The notes below the pieces were generated by a model. That model was not told the DNA's origin. It saw nothing but the letters and a program-made list of their open reading frames with translations, and searched no databases. Of a stretch of 64,000 nt of DNA, positions 21,443-31,612 are shown in pieces (within the stretch, counting starts at the first letter, position 1; each line of letters opens with the position of its first letter). This DNA is from Gemmatimonas sp. (lineage in GTDB: Bacteria; Gemmatimonadota; Gemmatimonadetes; Gemmatimonadales; Gemmatimonadaceae), in assembly GCA_031414535.1 (NCBI GenBank), contig JANNVQ010000053.1, positions 1-64,000 on the forward strand, in the 5' to 3' direction. The translations under genes were made by a program, and so were the position numbers.

Positions 21443-22560
21443 TGCGCCGTCTCGCTCCTGTGGTCCTCCTGCTGCTGCCTGCGGTCCTCTCCGCGCAGGG
21501 TAGTTTGAGCAATCAAGGCTTCGGCTATCCATTGGGTGGCCTCTCGGGTGCTGCCGCGGCACTCGCGGGATCCAACGGGGAAGTTGATCCCAACTCGACC
21601 ATCAATCCGGCCGCCATCACGCGCAGCAACCGCTTTTCGGTGATGCTGCGGTTTGAGCCCGAGTTCCGCGAGACCACCATCGGCGCTAGCAGCGTCCCGT
21701 CGACGGTGATGCGATTTCCCGCGTTCCAGGTGACGGGAGGTTTTGGGCGCTGGGTTGGTTCTGCGGGTGTGTCAACGATGCTCGACCGCAGCTGGCGAAA
21801 TCAGTACGTGGACACCATCTCGATTGGCGGTGAACCAACGGAATCGCAGTTGCAGATTGGCAGCGAAGGTGCGATGAGCGACGCCCGCGTCGGCGTGGGC
21901 TACGTTGTGAACCCGCGCCTGCAGGTCGGTGTGGCGCTGCACGCGCTCACCGGTGAGAACCGCACGCTCTTCCTCCGGCGCTTTGCGCAAACGTCCGGAG
22001 TTTCCGCAGTCACGCAGAACAATTCCTTCGGCTTCACGGGGACGGCGTTGTCCGTGGGTGTGGTGGCGGAGCCGCTCTCAAATTTCTTGCTCGCCGCGTC
22101 CGCACGCTTGGGCCGCGACATGAGTCTCGAACTTCTCGGTGACGAACTCAGCAGCGCGAAGGTGCCATCACGGTTTGGCCTTGGCGTCACCTACTTTGGC
22201 ATCGGTGGACTGTCGGTGTATGGACGCGTAGACCAAACCAACTGGACCGACATGGAAGGGCTCGGCAGTGATTCGCTCACGATCGCGGATGCCACGGAGC
22301 TTTCTGCGGGACTAGAAGCGCTTGGGCCCAAGCTCTTCGGCACCAACACGGCACTGCGCGTCGGCATTCGTAGCCGCACCTTGCCCTTCGGTGTGAGCGG
22401 CAACAGCGTGGACGAAAAGGGATACGCCTTTGGCATCGGTCTGCCCCTGTCTCGCGGTCGAGGCCAAATTGACATCGGCGCGCAGCGCATGACGCGCAGC
22501 ATCCCCGGCGCCGAAGAGCAGGCTTGGCATCTCAGCCTCGGATTTGGCATCCGGCCGTAA
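21439..22560 (+). CDS. Putative outer-membrane beta-barrel (FadL/PorV-like)
   Basis: Signal peptide, INPAA motif near the N-terminus, many alternating strands, ends LSLGFGIRP. Confidence 0.65.
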   Translation: MMRRLAPVVLLLLPAVLSAQGSLSNQGFGYPLGGLSGAAAALAGSNGEVDPNSTINPAAITRSNRFSVMLRFEPEFRETTIGASSVPSTVMRFPAFQVTGGFGRWVGSAGVSTMLDRSWRNQYVDTISIGGEPTESQLQIGSEGAMSDARVGVGYVVNPRLQVGVALHALTGENRTLFLRRFAQTSGVSAVTQNNSFGFTGTALSVGVVAEPLSNFLLAASARLGRDMSLELLGDELSSAKVPSRFGLGVTYFGIGGLSVYGRVDQTNWTDMEGLGSDSLTIADATELSAGLEALGPKLFGTNTALRVGIRSRTLPFGVSGNSVDEKGYAFGIGLPLSRGRGQIDIGAQRMTRSIPGAEEQAWHLSLGFGIRP

Positions 22561-22563
22561 GCC

Positions 22564-23706
22564 GTGGAGTCTGCCGCCTGCGTCCTCGTGGCCGATGACG
22601 TCGAGGCCAACGTTGAGCTGCTGAAGGACCAGCTTGCTCCGCTAGCGCTGCGCATCGTGCACGCGAGCGATGCGCCCTCTGCGCTCGCGATGGCGATGGA
22701 ACAGCGGCCAGACCTCTGTATCCTCGATATCTCCATGCCAGCAGGCGCGCTCGGCGTGCCAGACCGCGATGCCGGCTTCGAGGTCTGCCGACGCTTGAAG
22801 CGCGACCCGCGCACGGCACGCATCCCGGTCATATTCGTGTCCGCGCTCAACGACGCGGCCGATCGGCTGAAGGCGATCGAGTCGGGCGGCGACGACTTCT
22901 TGGTGAAGCCGCACAATCGACACGTACTGGGCGCCCGTGTGCGCTCGCTGCTCAAGCTCAAGGGCGCTACAGATGCGCTCGAGGAATCGCTGCGCCGCCT
23001 GCGCGAGGTGCAGAAGGCGCGTGACGATCTCACGCGGATGGTCGTGCATGACCTGAAGACGCCGCTGACATCCATGTTGGCCACACTCGAGATGCTCCGC
23101 GACGGCGACTTCGGCACGCTCGGTGACCGGGCCGGCCGTGCGCTCTCGGATGTGGAGGGCAAGGCCGAGGACCTACTCGCGCTCATTCACAACTTGCTCG
23201 ACGTTGCGCGAGCGGAAGAGAAGCCGCTCGTGCTCTCCACGGAGCCGGTGGCACCCGCGGCGTTCCTCGCGGAGTTGGAGTACGACTGGGCGCTGCGATT
23301 CAGGCAGGAGCAGACCAGTGCCATGACGGAGGTCGCGGACGACGCGCCAATCTTCCATGCCGACAAAGCCATCCTCAAGCGCGTGTTCTCCAACCTGATT
23401 CAGAATGCCATCACGCACTCACCGATGCCGGTGACGCTCACGCTTACCGCGCGGCGCGAAGGCGCTGGCATCCTGTTTACCGTGGGCGACGATGGTCCGG
23501 GGATTCCCACGGAGTATCAGGAGACGATCTTTGCGCAGTTCACGCAGTTGAGCGTGCCCAATGCACCGCGGGTGTTCTCGAGCGGGCTCGGGTTGGCCTT
23601 TTGCCGGGTTGCGCTGGAGAACCACGGCGGCCGCATCTGGGTGAAGAGCACGGAAGGGCAGGGCAGCACCTTTTCGATGTGGCTGCCAGTGGGCGCGGCG
23701 GCCTAA
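22564..23706 (+). CDS. Cytoplasmic hybrid response regulator / histidine kinase (REC-HisKA-HATPase)
   Basis: ADD, ILDISMP, KP; HDLKTPL H-box; NLIQNA, DDGPGI, GLGLAF. Confidence 0.92.
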   Translation: MESAACVLVADDVEANVELLKDQLAPLALRIVHASDAPSALAMAMEQRPDLCILDISMPAGALGVPDRDAGFEVCRRLKRDPRTARIPVIFVSALNDAADRLKAIESGGDDFLVKPHNRHVLGARVRSLLKLKGATDALEESLRRLREVQKARDDLTRMVVHDLKTPLTSMLATLEMLRDGDFGTLGDRAGRALSDVEGKAEDLLALIHNLLDVARAEEKPLVLSTEPVAPAAFLAELEYDWALRFRQEQTSAMTEVADDAPIFHADKAILKRVFSNLIQNAITHSPMPVTLTLTARREGAGILFTVGDDGPGIPTEYQETIFAQFTQLSVPNAPRVFSSGLGLAFCRVALENHGGRIWVKSTEGQGSTFSMWLPVGAAA

Positions 23707-23729
23707 CTCCACTGCGTTAGATTTCGCCG

Positions 23730-25067
23730 ATGCAGAAGCCCGCCCCCACCGTCTATATCGAGACCTACGGCTGCCAGATGAACGTCAGCGATTCTGAGCT
23801 GATGTACGGGCGCCTGGCGGCCGAGGGCTATGTGGCGGTGGACTCTCCGACGGACGCGGACGTGGTGTTGGTCAACACATGCGCCATCCGCGACAATGCC
23901 GAGCAGCGCGTGCTCGGCCGGATTGGAGAGATTCGGCGCGAGCTCAAGTCCAATGCCGTGCTCGGCGTGACGGGGTGCATGGCCCAGCGCCTTGGCCAGC
24001 GCCTGCTCGACAGCAACACGCGCGTGCAACTCGTGGTCGGACCCGATGGTTACCGCTCGTTGCCCACGCTCATTGACGGCGCGCGCAATGGCGAGCGCTT
24101 CAATGCCACGGATTTTGATCTCGAAGAGCACTACGAGGATTTCACCGCGCGCCGCTTCGAAGGCGTGAAGGCTTGGATCCCCGTGCAGCGCGGCTGCGAC
24201 TATCGCTGCACGTATTGCATCGTGCCCACCACGCGCGGCCCCGAGCGCTCACGCAAGCTGGCCGATGTGGTGCGCGAGACGGCCGAAGTCGTGGAGCGTG
24301 GCATCACCGAGGTGGTGCTACTGGGCCAGACGGTGAACAGCTACAATGACGGGACGCACGACTTCGCGGATCTCCTGCGTGCCGTAGGCAAGGTGGATGG
24401 CATCCGCCGCGTGCGCTACACGAGTCCGCACCCCAACGATTTCTCCGATCGCGTTATTGCCGCGATGGCCGAGACGCCGACGGTTTGCGAGCACGTGCAC
24501 CTGCCGATGCAGTCTGGGTCCACCTCAATGCTGAAGCGTATGCTGCGCCGCTACTCGCGCGAGGATTACCTCGATTGCGTGGCGCGTCTGCGTGCGGCAA
24601 TGCCCAATCTTGGCCTCACCACAGATATCATCGTCGGGTTCCCAGGCGAGACGGACGAGGAATTCGCCGACACACTCTCGATGTGCCGCGAAGTGCGCTT
24701 CGACGACGCGTTCACGTTCAAGTTCTCGATGCGCGAGGGCACGCCGGCCACGCGCATGCCTGCCGAGTGGGCCATCTCCGACGAGGTGATGGATGCGCGC
24801 TATACCGCATTGCTCAACACAGTGCGCGGTATTTCACGAGAGAAGAACCTTGGCCGGCTCGGCGAACGCATGGAAGTGCTCGTCGAGAAGGAAGCACGCA
24901 AGGGCGATCTGTTTCAGGCGCGTTCGCGGGACTTCAAGACCGTGCTCGTGCCCGGCTCGCCGGAGTTGATTGGGAGCTACCTCACCGTAGAACTCACCGG
25001 CACCACGGGCGCAACGTTCACGGGGACACCGGTGAAGAATCGTCAGCCGCTTCCGATGGCGGGGTAA
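23730..25067 (+). CDS. miaB: tRNA methylthiotransferase MiaB
   Basis: TYGCQMNVSDSE, NTCAIR, GCMAQ, CDYRCTYC radical SAM motif, C-terminal TRAM domain. Confidence 0.95.
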   Translation: MQKPAPTVYIETYGCQMNVSDSELMYGRLAAEGYVAVDSPTDADVVLVNTCAIRDNAEQRVLGRIGEIRRELKSNAVLGVTGCMAQRLGQRLLDSNTRVQLVVGPDGYRSLPTLIDGARNGERFNATDFDLEEHYEDFTARRFEGVKAWIPVQRGCDYRCTYCIVPTTRGPERSRKLADVVRETAEVVERGITEVVLLGQTVNSYNDGTHDFADLLRAVGKVDGIRRVRYTSPHPNDFSDRVIAAMAETPTVCEHVHLPMQSGSTSMLKRMLRRYSREDYLDCVARLRAAMPNLGLTTDIIVGFPGETDEEFADTLSMCREVRFDDAFTFKFSMREGTPATRMPAEWAISDEVMDARYTALLNTVRGISREKNLGRLGERMEVLVEKEARKGDLFQARSRDFKTVLVPGSPELIGSYLTVELTGTTGATFTGTPVKNRQPLPMAG

Positions 25068-25142
25068 TCCCGCGTAGGAATCGCGATGCCCGCAACGGCG
25101 TGATGTAATGAGAGGCACGTGCGCAGCGAAGCTTGCTGAGCC

Positions 25143-27350
25143 ATGCCTCTCATCTTTTTGGCCGGCTGCGTGTGGGTGGCTGGCACGGCACTTGGCCTCG
25201 CCGAGGGTTTCGTCGGTGGGCTGATCCTGCTCTGCGCTCTCGCGCGGAGTCAAAACAGAGTAGCCTTGGCGCTGCTATTCTCCGCCGCCTTTTCGCTCGG
25301 CCTCGAGCTACGTGATCGCGATGCGCGCTGCCTCGAAGAAGCGCGCGCGGCCAAGGGCTGGGAGCTCCACCTCCTTGGTGACGCAGCGCCGGGTTCCTTC
25401 ACCATGGCCACGATGCACGGCCGTGACTGCGCGATTCGCGTCGCGCTCGCAGTCCGGAGTGGCTCGGCCGCCGCGGGTAGCCTTGTCAGCGTGACGGGTG
25501 CGGAGCCCGTGATCGGCGAGCGCGGCTTGATGCTACGCGACGGGCGAGTGACGCTGCGTCGCGGACCAAGCCTGCTTGCGCGCTGGCGCAATCACGTGGC
25601 GGCGGGCATTGATCGCCGCTTTGGTGCGGACGCCGGGCTCGCGCGAGCCCTGCTCATTGCGGATACCCATGGCCTCTCGCCCGAGTTGCGCGAGCGATAC
25701 ACGGACGCGGGTTTGGTGCACATCCTTTCTATTTCCGGATTGCACGTGGGCATCATCGGCGGCGCACTCTTGCTGGCGGTGGAGGCGCTGCGACTGCCCG
25801 CCGTGGGCGGCCGAGTGGCGGCGATGGCCTTGGTCCTTTGCTATGTGCTCGCGATTGGCGCTCCCGCGGCGGCCATGCGTAGTGCGGCGCTGTTCGCCGC
25901 CGTCACGATGACGCGCCTCTTGCAGCGCCCGACGCATCCATGGGCACCCTTTGCCATCGCGGCGCTCGTTCCTTTGTTTGAGCCTCGCACGGTTCTTGAT
26001 CTCGGTTGGCAACTCTCGGTGAGTGGGTACGCCGGCGTGCTGGCGGCCGGGCGGGCGGCCCGTCGCCTGCTGCCCGAGCGCTGGCGCGGATGGCGTGCGC
26101 ACATCTCGCGCGAGCTGATTGCTGGCCTGCTCACGACGCTCGCCACGGCGCCGCTCGTGGCGTGGCACTTTGGGCGCCTCAGTCTCGTGGGCGTGGTGAG
26201 CAATCTCGCGGCAGGGCCCGTGGTGGCCGTGTTGCAACCGACGCTCTTCGTCGCCATGCTCGCCCCTGGCGATGCACTAGGCCGCTTCGTCGCCGATGCC
26301 GCGCGTCCAATGATGCGGGCCTTAGATGCAGTCGCGGGCACAGCGGCCGCGATACCGGGCGCCACGTTGGCTTTCGCGCCGACGATGCTGGCTGCAGGCA
26401 TCGCGAGCATCGGAGTGACGGCCTTGATTGCGGCCAGTTGGAGCCGTGATTGGCCTCGATGGGCTGCGACGGCGCTTACGGCATTCGCGCTGCTCGCGTG
26501 GGTACCCGCGCCGCGACTCGTGCACGACGGGCGATTTGAAGTGCACGTGCTGGACGTCGGCCAAGGCGATGCGGTGGCGCTGCGCACGCCGCGAGGCCGT
26601 TGGATTCTTGTGGATGCGGGGCGCGCCTGGGCCAACGGCGACGCGGGCCGCAGCACCGTGTTGCCATACCTGCGTCGGCGCGGCGGCGAGCTCGCCCTCT
26701 TTGTGCTCACACATCCGCACGCAGATCACGTAGGCGGCGCCGCGTCGGTCATTCGCGCACTCCGCCCCGCCGCCGTGCGCGACGCGGCATTCGTCGCGGG
26801 CTCCGAACCCTACGCGCAGATGCTCCAAGCAACGCGTGAGGTGCAGGCGTCTTGGGCCCGCGTGCGCCCACACGAGATCATGGAAATTGACGGCCTGCAA
26901 CTTGAGTTTCTGGCCCCCGACTCGGCATGGACCGTCTCGCTCGACGATCCCAACGAGGCCAGCAGCATCCTGCGGGTGAACTACGGTGAGCGGAGCCTCT
27001 TACTCACGGGAGACGCCGAAGCAGGTCTTGAGTCCTGGCTGCTCACGCACGCGGCAGACCGCCTCGACGTGGACGTGCTCAAAGTTGGCCACCACGGCTC
27101 AAGCACCAGCTCCTCGCAGGCCTTTATTGACGCGGTCAGCCCGCGCGTGGCGCTGGTCTCCGTTGGGTTAGCGAACACGTACGGCCATCCATCGCCGGAC
27201 GTCATGCGACGCCTCTTGGACGCCGGCGCCAGCGTACTCCGCACCGACCAACTCGGCAGTCTCATCCTGCGTAGCGATGGCAGCACTTGGGAGGCCCAGG
27301 CCGCAGGCCGTCGCTGGCCAGTCGCACTCTCCCAAACGCTATTGCCGTAA
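25143..27350 (+). CDS. comEC: DNA internalization competence protein ComEC/Rec2
   Basis: GLVHILSISGLHVG, multiple TM segments, DVGQGD, THPHADHVGG, KVGHHGS. Confidence 0.93.
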   Translation: MPLIFLAGCVWVAGTALGLAEGFVGGLILLCALARSQNRVALALLFSAAFSLGLELRDRDARCLEEARAAKGWELHLLGDAAPGSFTMATMHGRDCAIRVALAVRSGSAAAGSLVSVTGAEPVIGERGLMLRDGRVTLRRGPSLLARWRNHVAAGIDRRFGADAGLARALLIADTHGLSPELRERYTDAGLVHILSISGLHVGIIGGALLLAVEALRLPAVGGRVAAMALVLCYVLAIGAPAAAMRSAALFAAVTMTRLLQRPTHPWAPFAIAALVPLFEPRTVLDLGWQLSVSGYAGVLAAGRAARRLLPERWRGWRAHISRELIAGLLTTLATAPLVAWHFGRLSLVGVVSNLAAGPVVAVLQPTLFVAMLAPGDALGRFVADAARPMMRALDAVAGTAAAIPGATLAFAPTMLAAGIASIGVTALIAASWSRDWPRWAATALTAFALLAWVPAPRLVHDGRFEVHVLDVGQGDAVALRTPRGRWILVDAGRAWANGDAGRSTVLPYLRRRGGELALFVLTHPHADHVGGAASVIRALRPAAVRDAAFVAGSEPYAQMLQATREVQASWARVRPHEIMEIDGLQLEFLAPDSAWTVSLDDPNEASSILRVNYGERSLLLTGDAEAGLESWLLTHAADRLDVDVLKVGHHGSSTSSSQAFIDAVSPRVALVSVGLANTYGHPSPDVMRRLLDAGASVLRTDQLGSLILRSDGSTWEAQAAGRRWPVALSQTLLP

Positions 27351-27353
27351 CCT

Positions 27354-27408
27354 GACGGATGCGAGACCTTTCGTAGGCGAGCTCCTTCCGTCATCCGTCA
27401 TCCGTCCT
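27354..27408 (+). repeat. Heptamer array (CCGTCAT CCGTCAT CCGTCCT, 27388-27408) with short complementary arm GACGGATG (27354-27361) before fbp
   Basis: Read directly from sequence. Confidence 0.8.
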
Positions 27409-27420
27409 AAGCCATCCCTC

Positions 27421-28431
27421 GTGGTCAAGCATACTGATACCAGCGTCGTCACCATCGACCGCTACATCATCGAGCAGGAGCGCAAGTTCCCGGCGGCCAC
27501 GGGTGAGCTCTCCGGCATCCTTTACGACCTCGCGCTGGCGAGCAAGATGATTGCCAATAAGGTCCGCCTCGCGGGCCTCGTGGACATCCTCGGCGCTGAG
27601 GGCACGGACAACGTGCAGGGTGAGGCGCAGCAAAAGCTCGACGTGATCGCGGACAACATCATCATCAAGGCGCTCGACCACGGTGGCCGCCTCTGCGCGA
27701 TGGCGTCCGAGGAGCAGGAGACTCTGATTCCCATCCCGCCGCAGTTCAAGCGCGGCAAGTACCTGTTGCTGTTCGATCCGCTCGACGGGTCGTCCAACAT
27801 TGACGTGAACGTTCCTGTGGGCACGATCTTCTCGGTGCTGAAGAAGATCACGCCCGGCCCCGAAGGCACGATGGAAGACGCCTTACAACCCGGACACCAG
27901 CAGGTCGCGGCCGGTTACGTGATCTATGGCAGCAGCACCATGCTCGTCTACACCACGGGCCACGGCGTACACGGCTTCACGCTCGATCCCTCAATTGGTG
28001 AGTTCTTGCTCTCTCATCCGGATATGAAGATTCCGGAGCACGGACGTTACCTCAGTGTCAACGATGCCTACGAGCAGGTGTGGGACGAGAACGTCCGCGC
28101 GCTCATGCGACGCTACCGGGGCCTCGATGGCAAGCGCGCAGCCATGAATGTGCGCTACGTGGGCTCGCTCGTCGCGGATTTCCATCGCAATCTTCTCGGC
28201 GGCGGCTTGTTTGCGTATCCCGCCAACACCAAGAGCCCTGAGGGAAAACTGCGCTTGCAGTACGAGTGCAATCCGCTGGCCTTTATTTGCGAATCAGCAG
28301 GCGGCGCCGCCATCGATGGGCATCAGCGCATCCTCGACGTGAAGCCCCGCGGCCTACATCAGCGCACGCCATTCTACGTGGGCTCCAAGGCTGACGTCGC
28401 GATTGCGGCAGAAATGCTCAGCCAGGACTGA
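27421..28431 (+). CDS. fbp: Class I fructose-1,6-bisphosphatase
   Basis: [45 protein letters not shown]. Start moved to GTG 27421. Confidence 0.95.
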   Translation: MVKHTDTSVVTIDRYIIEQERKFPAATGELSGILYDLALASKMIANKVRLAGLVDILGAEGTDNVQGEAQQKLDVIADNIIIKALDHGGRLCAMASEEQETLIPIPPQFKRGKYLLLFDPLDGSSNIDVNVPVGTIFSVLKKITPGPEGTMEDALQPGHQQVAAGYVIYGSSTMLVYTTGHGVHGFTLDPSIGEFLLSHPDMKIPEHGRYLSVNDAYEQVWDENVRALMRRYRGLDGKRAAMNVRYVGSLVADFHRNLLGGGLFAYPANTKSPEGKLRLQYECNPLAFICESAGGAAIDGHQRILDVKPRGLHQRTPFYVGSKADVAIAAEMLSQD

Positions 28432-30080
28432 TGGCCGTGAGCGATAAGCAGTCCAGCAGGAACGACACGACGAGAAAGAAGTCGGCTGCGGCGGCGGAGT
28501 TCATCTCGCCGAGTGGGATTCCCATCGCGCCGGTGTATCGCCCGGCCGAGCCCGATGCGCAGTACGCCGAGCAGCTCGGGGAGCCGGGACAATTCCCATT
28601 CACGCGTGGCGTCCAGCCCAACATGTACCGCGGTCGCTTTTGGACCATGCGGCAGTACGCCGGGTTCGGCACGGCGCAGGAAACCAACGCCCGCTTCAAG
28701 CTCCTGCTTGCGGCTGGGCAAACGGGTCTCTCGACAGCCTTCGATCTGCCGACGCAGATGGGCCTCGACTCCGACTCGCCTCGCTCGCTCGGTGAGGTGG
28801 GGCGCGTCGGCGTAGCGATCGACACGGTGGAGGACATGCATCTCCTCCTCGCCGACTTGCCGCTCGACAAAGTCTCCACCTCCATGACCATCAACGCCAC
28901 GGCCTCCGTGCTCCTGGCGATGTACATCGTGGCGGCCGAGGAGCGGGGCATCTCGCGTGACAAGCTCTCCGGCACGATTCAGAACGACATCCTGAAGGAG
29001 TACATCGCGCGCGGGACCTATGTGTTCCCGCCCGAGCCTTCGTTGGCGCTCATCGCCGAGACCTTCCGCTTTTGTGCGACGGAGGTGCCGAGCTGGAATC
29101 CCATTTCCATCTCGGGATACCACATCCGCGAGGCCGGTGCGACCGCCGTGCAGGAGTTGGCCTTCACGTTTGCCAATGCTCTGGCCTATGTGCAGCGTGC
29201 GGTGGATGCGGGGCTCAAGGTTGATGACTTCGCGCCGCGGCTGAGCTTCTTCTTTGCCTGCCACAACGATCTGTTTGAGGAAGTGGCAAAGTTCCGTGCC
29301 GCGCGTCGTATCTGGGCGCGCCTCATGCGCGAGCGCTTTGGTGCCAACGACGTCTCCTGCAAGCTGCGCTTCCACACCCAGACCGGCGGCGTCACGCTGA
29401 TGGCGCAGCAGCCGCTCAATAATGTGGTGCGCGTGGCTGTGCAGACACTCGCCGCCACGCTCGGTGGCACGCAGTCGCTACACACCAACGGGTACGACGA
29501 AGCCTTGGCGCTTCCCACCGCCGAGGCGGCAACGCTCGCGCTGCGCACGCAGCAGATCGTGGCGTACGAGAGCGGGGTGGCGCAGACGGTCGATCCGCTG
29601 GCCGGCAGCTACTACGTCGAGTCGCTCACCGACGAAGTCGAGGCCCGTGCGCTCGAGCTGCTCGGCAAGGTCGAGGCGCTCGGCGGCTCGGCGCCGGCCA
29701 TCGAGGCGCGCTTCTTCCAAGAGGAGATTGGGCGCTCAGCCTACGAGTTCCAACTCTCGGTGGAGCGGGGCAGCACGGTAATCGTTGGTGTGAACAAGTT
29801 CGCTGATGGCGAGGATCCGCCAATCATTCTCGCGCCGAACTTCGTGGAGCTTGAGCGTGGGCAACAGGAGCGCCTCGCGGCCGTGCGTGCCTCGCGCGAC
29901 GCGGCGAAGCTCGCGACCGCGATGGATGCACTGAAGGCCGCAGCACCTGCGTACGCAGAACCTGGCGCGGCGCGCGTCCCGTTGATGCCGCTGATTATTG
30001 ATGCGGTGCGGGCGCGTGGAACGGTCGGGGAGATTTCGGATCTGCTGCGCGACATTTGGGGCGAGTACCGGCCGAGCTAG
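28431..30080 (+). CDS. Methylmalonyl-CoA mutase, N-terminal substrate-binding subunit (no B12-binding domain)
   Basis: [47 protein letters not shown]. The Tyr/Arg pair fits methylmalonyl-CoA rather than isobutyryl-CoA specificity. Confidence 0.93.
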   Translation: MAVSDKQSSRNDTTRKKSAAAAEFISPSGIPIAPVYRPAEPDAQYAEQLGEPGQFPFTRGVQPNMYRGRFWTMRQYAGFGTAQETNARFKLLLAAGQTGLSTAFDLPTQMGLDSDSPRSLGEVGRVGVAIDTVEDMHLLLADLPLDKVSTSMTINATASVLLAMYIVAAEERGISRDKLSGTIQNDILKEYIARGTYVFPPEPSLALIAETFRFCATEVPSWNPISISGYHIREAGATAVQELAFTFANALAYVQRAVDAGLKVDDFAPRLSFFFACHNDLFEEVAKFRAARRIWARLMRERFGANDVSCKLRFHTQTGGVTLMAQQPLNNVVRVAVQTLAATLGGTQSLHTNGYDEALALPTAEAATLALRTQQIVAYESGVAQTVDPLAGSYYVESLTDEVEARALELLGKVEALGGSAPAIEARFFQEEIGRSAYEFQLSVERGSTVIVGVNKFADGEDPPIILAPNFVELERGQQERLAAVRASRDAAKLATAMDALKAAAPAYAEPGAARVPLMPLIIDAVRARGTVGEISDLLRDIWGEYRPS

Positions 30081-31156
30081 TGTATTCCACGTGCACGTTC
30101 TGCCACGCGGCGCTTGGTAAGAATGAGGCGCTGGAGTTGTTCCCCGTGGGCATGCGCCTCGCCTTCGATCAAGCGCGCGGCCGCTTGTGGGTTGTATGTC
30201 CGGCGTGCCGCCAGTGGAACCTGTCTCCTTTGGAGGAGCGCTGGGAAGCAATCGAGGCGGCGGAAAAGCTTTACCGTGATTCAGTGAAGCGCGTGGCCAC
30301 AGACCACATCGGGCTGGCGCGTCTGAGCGACGGCACCGACCTCATCCGCATTGGCCAGCCCATGCGACCTGAGTTCGCCGCCTGGCGCTATGGCGACCGA
30401 TTCCAGCGGCGCTGGCGCCGCAAGCTCTGGTTCGGGGGAGCTGGAGTCGCGGCCGCAGCTGGCTACATGATTGCCGGTCCCGCGCTTGGGCTGGCTGTGG
30501 GCGGCATCTCGTCGCTGCCATTTCACATGTTTTCAATGGCGAAGAACACCTACGACGACCGCAAGGTCGTCGTGCGGCACCGCGACGCAGCGGGCTCGTT
30601 TATCGTGACGCGCGCGCATGTCGGGGCGGCACGCCTCGTTCGCGACGAGGCCACCGAACTGGGCTGGGCCATGCGTGTGATGAGCCGCGACGGCGACACG
30701 CCGAGCGGACGCTTTGCGCCGGCATCGCAGGTGAAGTGGACGGGGGTCGTGAAGCCCACACCTCGCTTGATTCATGGCCCGGCAGCGCTCCAGGCGATGC
30801 GGGCCATGCTGCCGGTTCTGAACGCCAGCGGAGGCCGCGCCAGTGTTGTTGAAGACGCGGTATGGCTGCTCGAGCGGGTGAAGTCTCCCGACCGAGTATT
30901 CTTGGATGGCGTGAAGTGGTCGGGCCTCGCAGAATCGAGGGGTCAGAGCTGGGAGCTCAACGAACTGGATCGTCCAATCCGCCTCGCTTTGGAAATGGCC
31001 GCGCACGAGGAAACCGAGCGCCAGGCATTGCAGGGCGAACTCGCTGCGTTGGAGGCCATCTGGCGCGAAGCAGAGGAGATTGCAGCCATCGCCGACGAGC
31101 TCACGCTGCCAGAACGCATCACGAAGCGTCTTGAACGCCTAGTCGAAGGCCGCTAA
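30080..31156 (+). CDS. Hypothetical protein with N-terminal CxxC...CxxC zinc ribbon, central hydrophobic segment and C-terminal coiled coil
   Basis: CTFC and CPAC; LALEMAAHEETERQAL. Start placed at GTG 30080, overlapping the mutase stop. Confidence 0.7.
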   Translation: MYSTCTFCHAALGKNEALELFPVGMRLAFDQARGRLWVVCPACRQWNLSPLEERWEAIEAAEKLYRDSVKRVATDHIGLARLSDGTDLIRIGQPMRPEFAAWRYGDRFQRRWRRKLWFGGAGVAAAAGYMIAGPALGLAVGGISSLPFHMFSMAKNTYDDRKVVVRHRDAAGSFIVTRAHVGAARLVRDEATELGWAMRVMSRDGDTPSGRFAPASQVKWTGVVKPTPRLIHGPAALQAMRAMLPVLNASGGRASVVEDAVWLLERVKSPDRVFLDGVKWSGLAESRGQSWELNELDRPIRLALEMAAHEETERQALQGELAALEAIWREAEEIAAIADELTLPERITKRLERLVEGR

Positions 31157-31198
31157 GTTTAACAGGCTACACACCTTACGCGCCGTCCAGCCCGTCAA

Positions 31199-31612
31199 AT
31201 GCCGACCTACGAGTACCGCTGCCCGGAAGGGCACGAGTCCGAGGACTTCGTCCTCAAGATCAGTGCTGCCAAAGATCAGATTCCGTGCCCCGTCTGCGGA
31301 GCGACGGCCGCACGTCGTATGAGCGCGGGGTCGGGCCTGCTCTTTAAGGGATCGGGCTTCTACATCACAGATTACGGCAAGGACGGCAAGAAGGATCAGC
31401 AGAAGCCGGCCGCGTCCACGAAGCCTTTGAGCGGCACGGCAACGGGCACCCCAGCAAGCGCGCCCGCATCCGGTGGGTCATCCGGTGGGTCAGCCGGTGG
31501 GTCATCCGGTGGTGCATCGGCGCCCGCCGCAGCTGCTCCTGCCGCGCCGTCCAGCAGCACAACACCGAAGAGCGGACCCTCCACAGGCGGCAGCTCGAGC
31601 GGTTCGCAGTGA
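31199..31612 (+). CDS. FmdB-family zinc-ribbon protein
   Basis: MPTYEYRC, CPVCG, FKGSGFYITDY, low-complexity S/G/A tail. Confidence 0.9.
   Translation: MPTYEYRCPEGHESEDFVLKISAAKDQIPCPVCGATAARRMSAGSGLLFKGSGFYITDYGKDGKKDQQKPAASTKPLSGTATGTPASAPASGGSSGGSAGGSSGGASAPAAAAPAAPSSSTTPKSGPSTGGSSSGSQ
31469..31516 (+). repeat. Coding 12-bp tandem repeat x4 (SGGS SGGS AGGS SGGA)
   Basis: TCCGGTGGGTCA TCCGGTGGGTCA GCCGGTGGGTCA TCCGGTGGTGCA. Confidence 0.8.

Noticed and set aside
28431..30080. Mutase as a truncated pseudogene lacking the B12-binding domain
   Set aside because: Split N- and C-terminal mutase subunits are common and the ORF ends with the normal motif ([16 protein letters not shown]).
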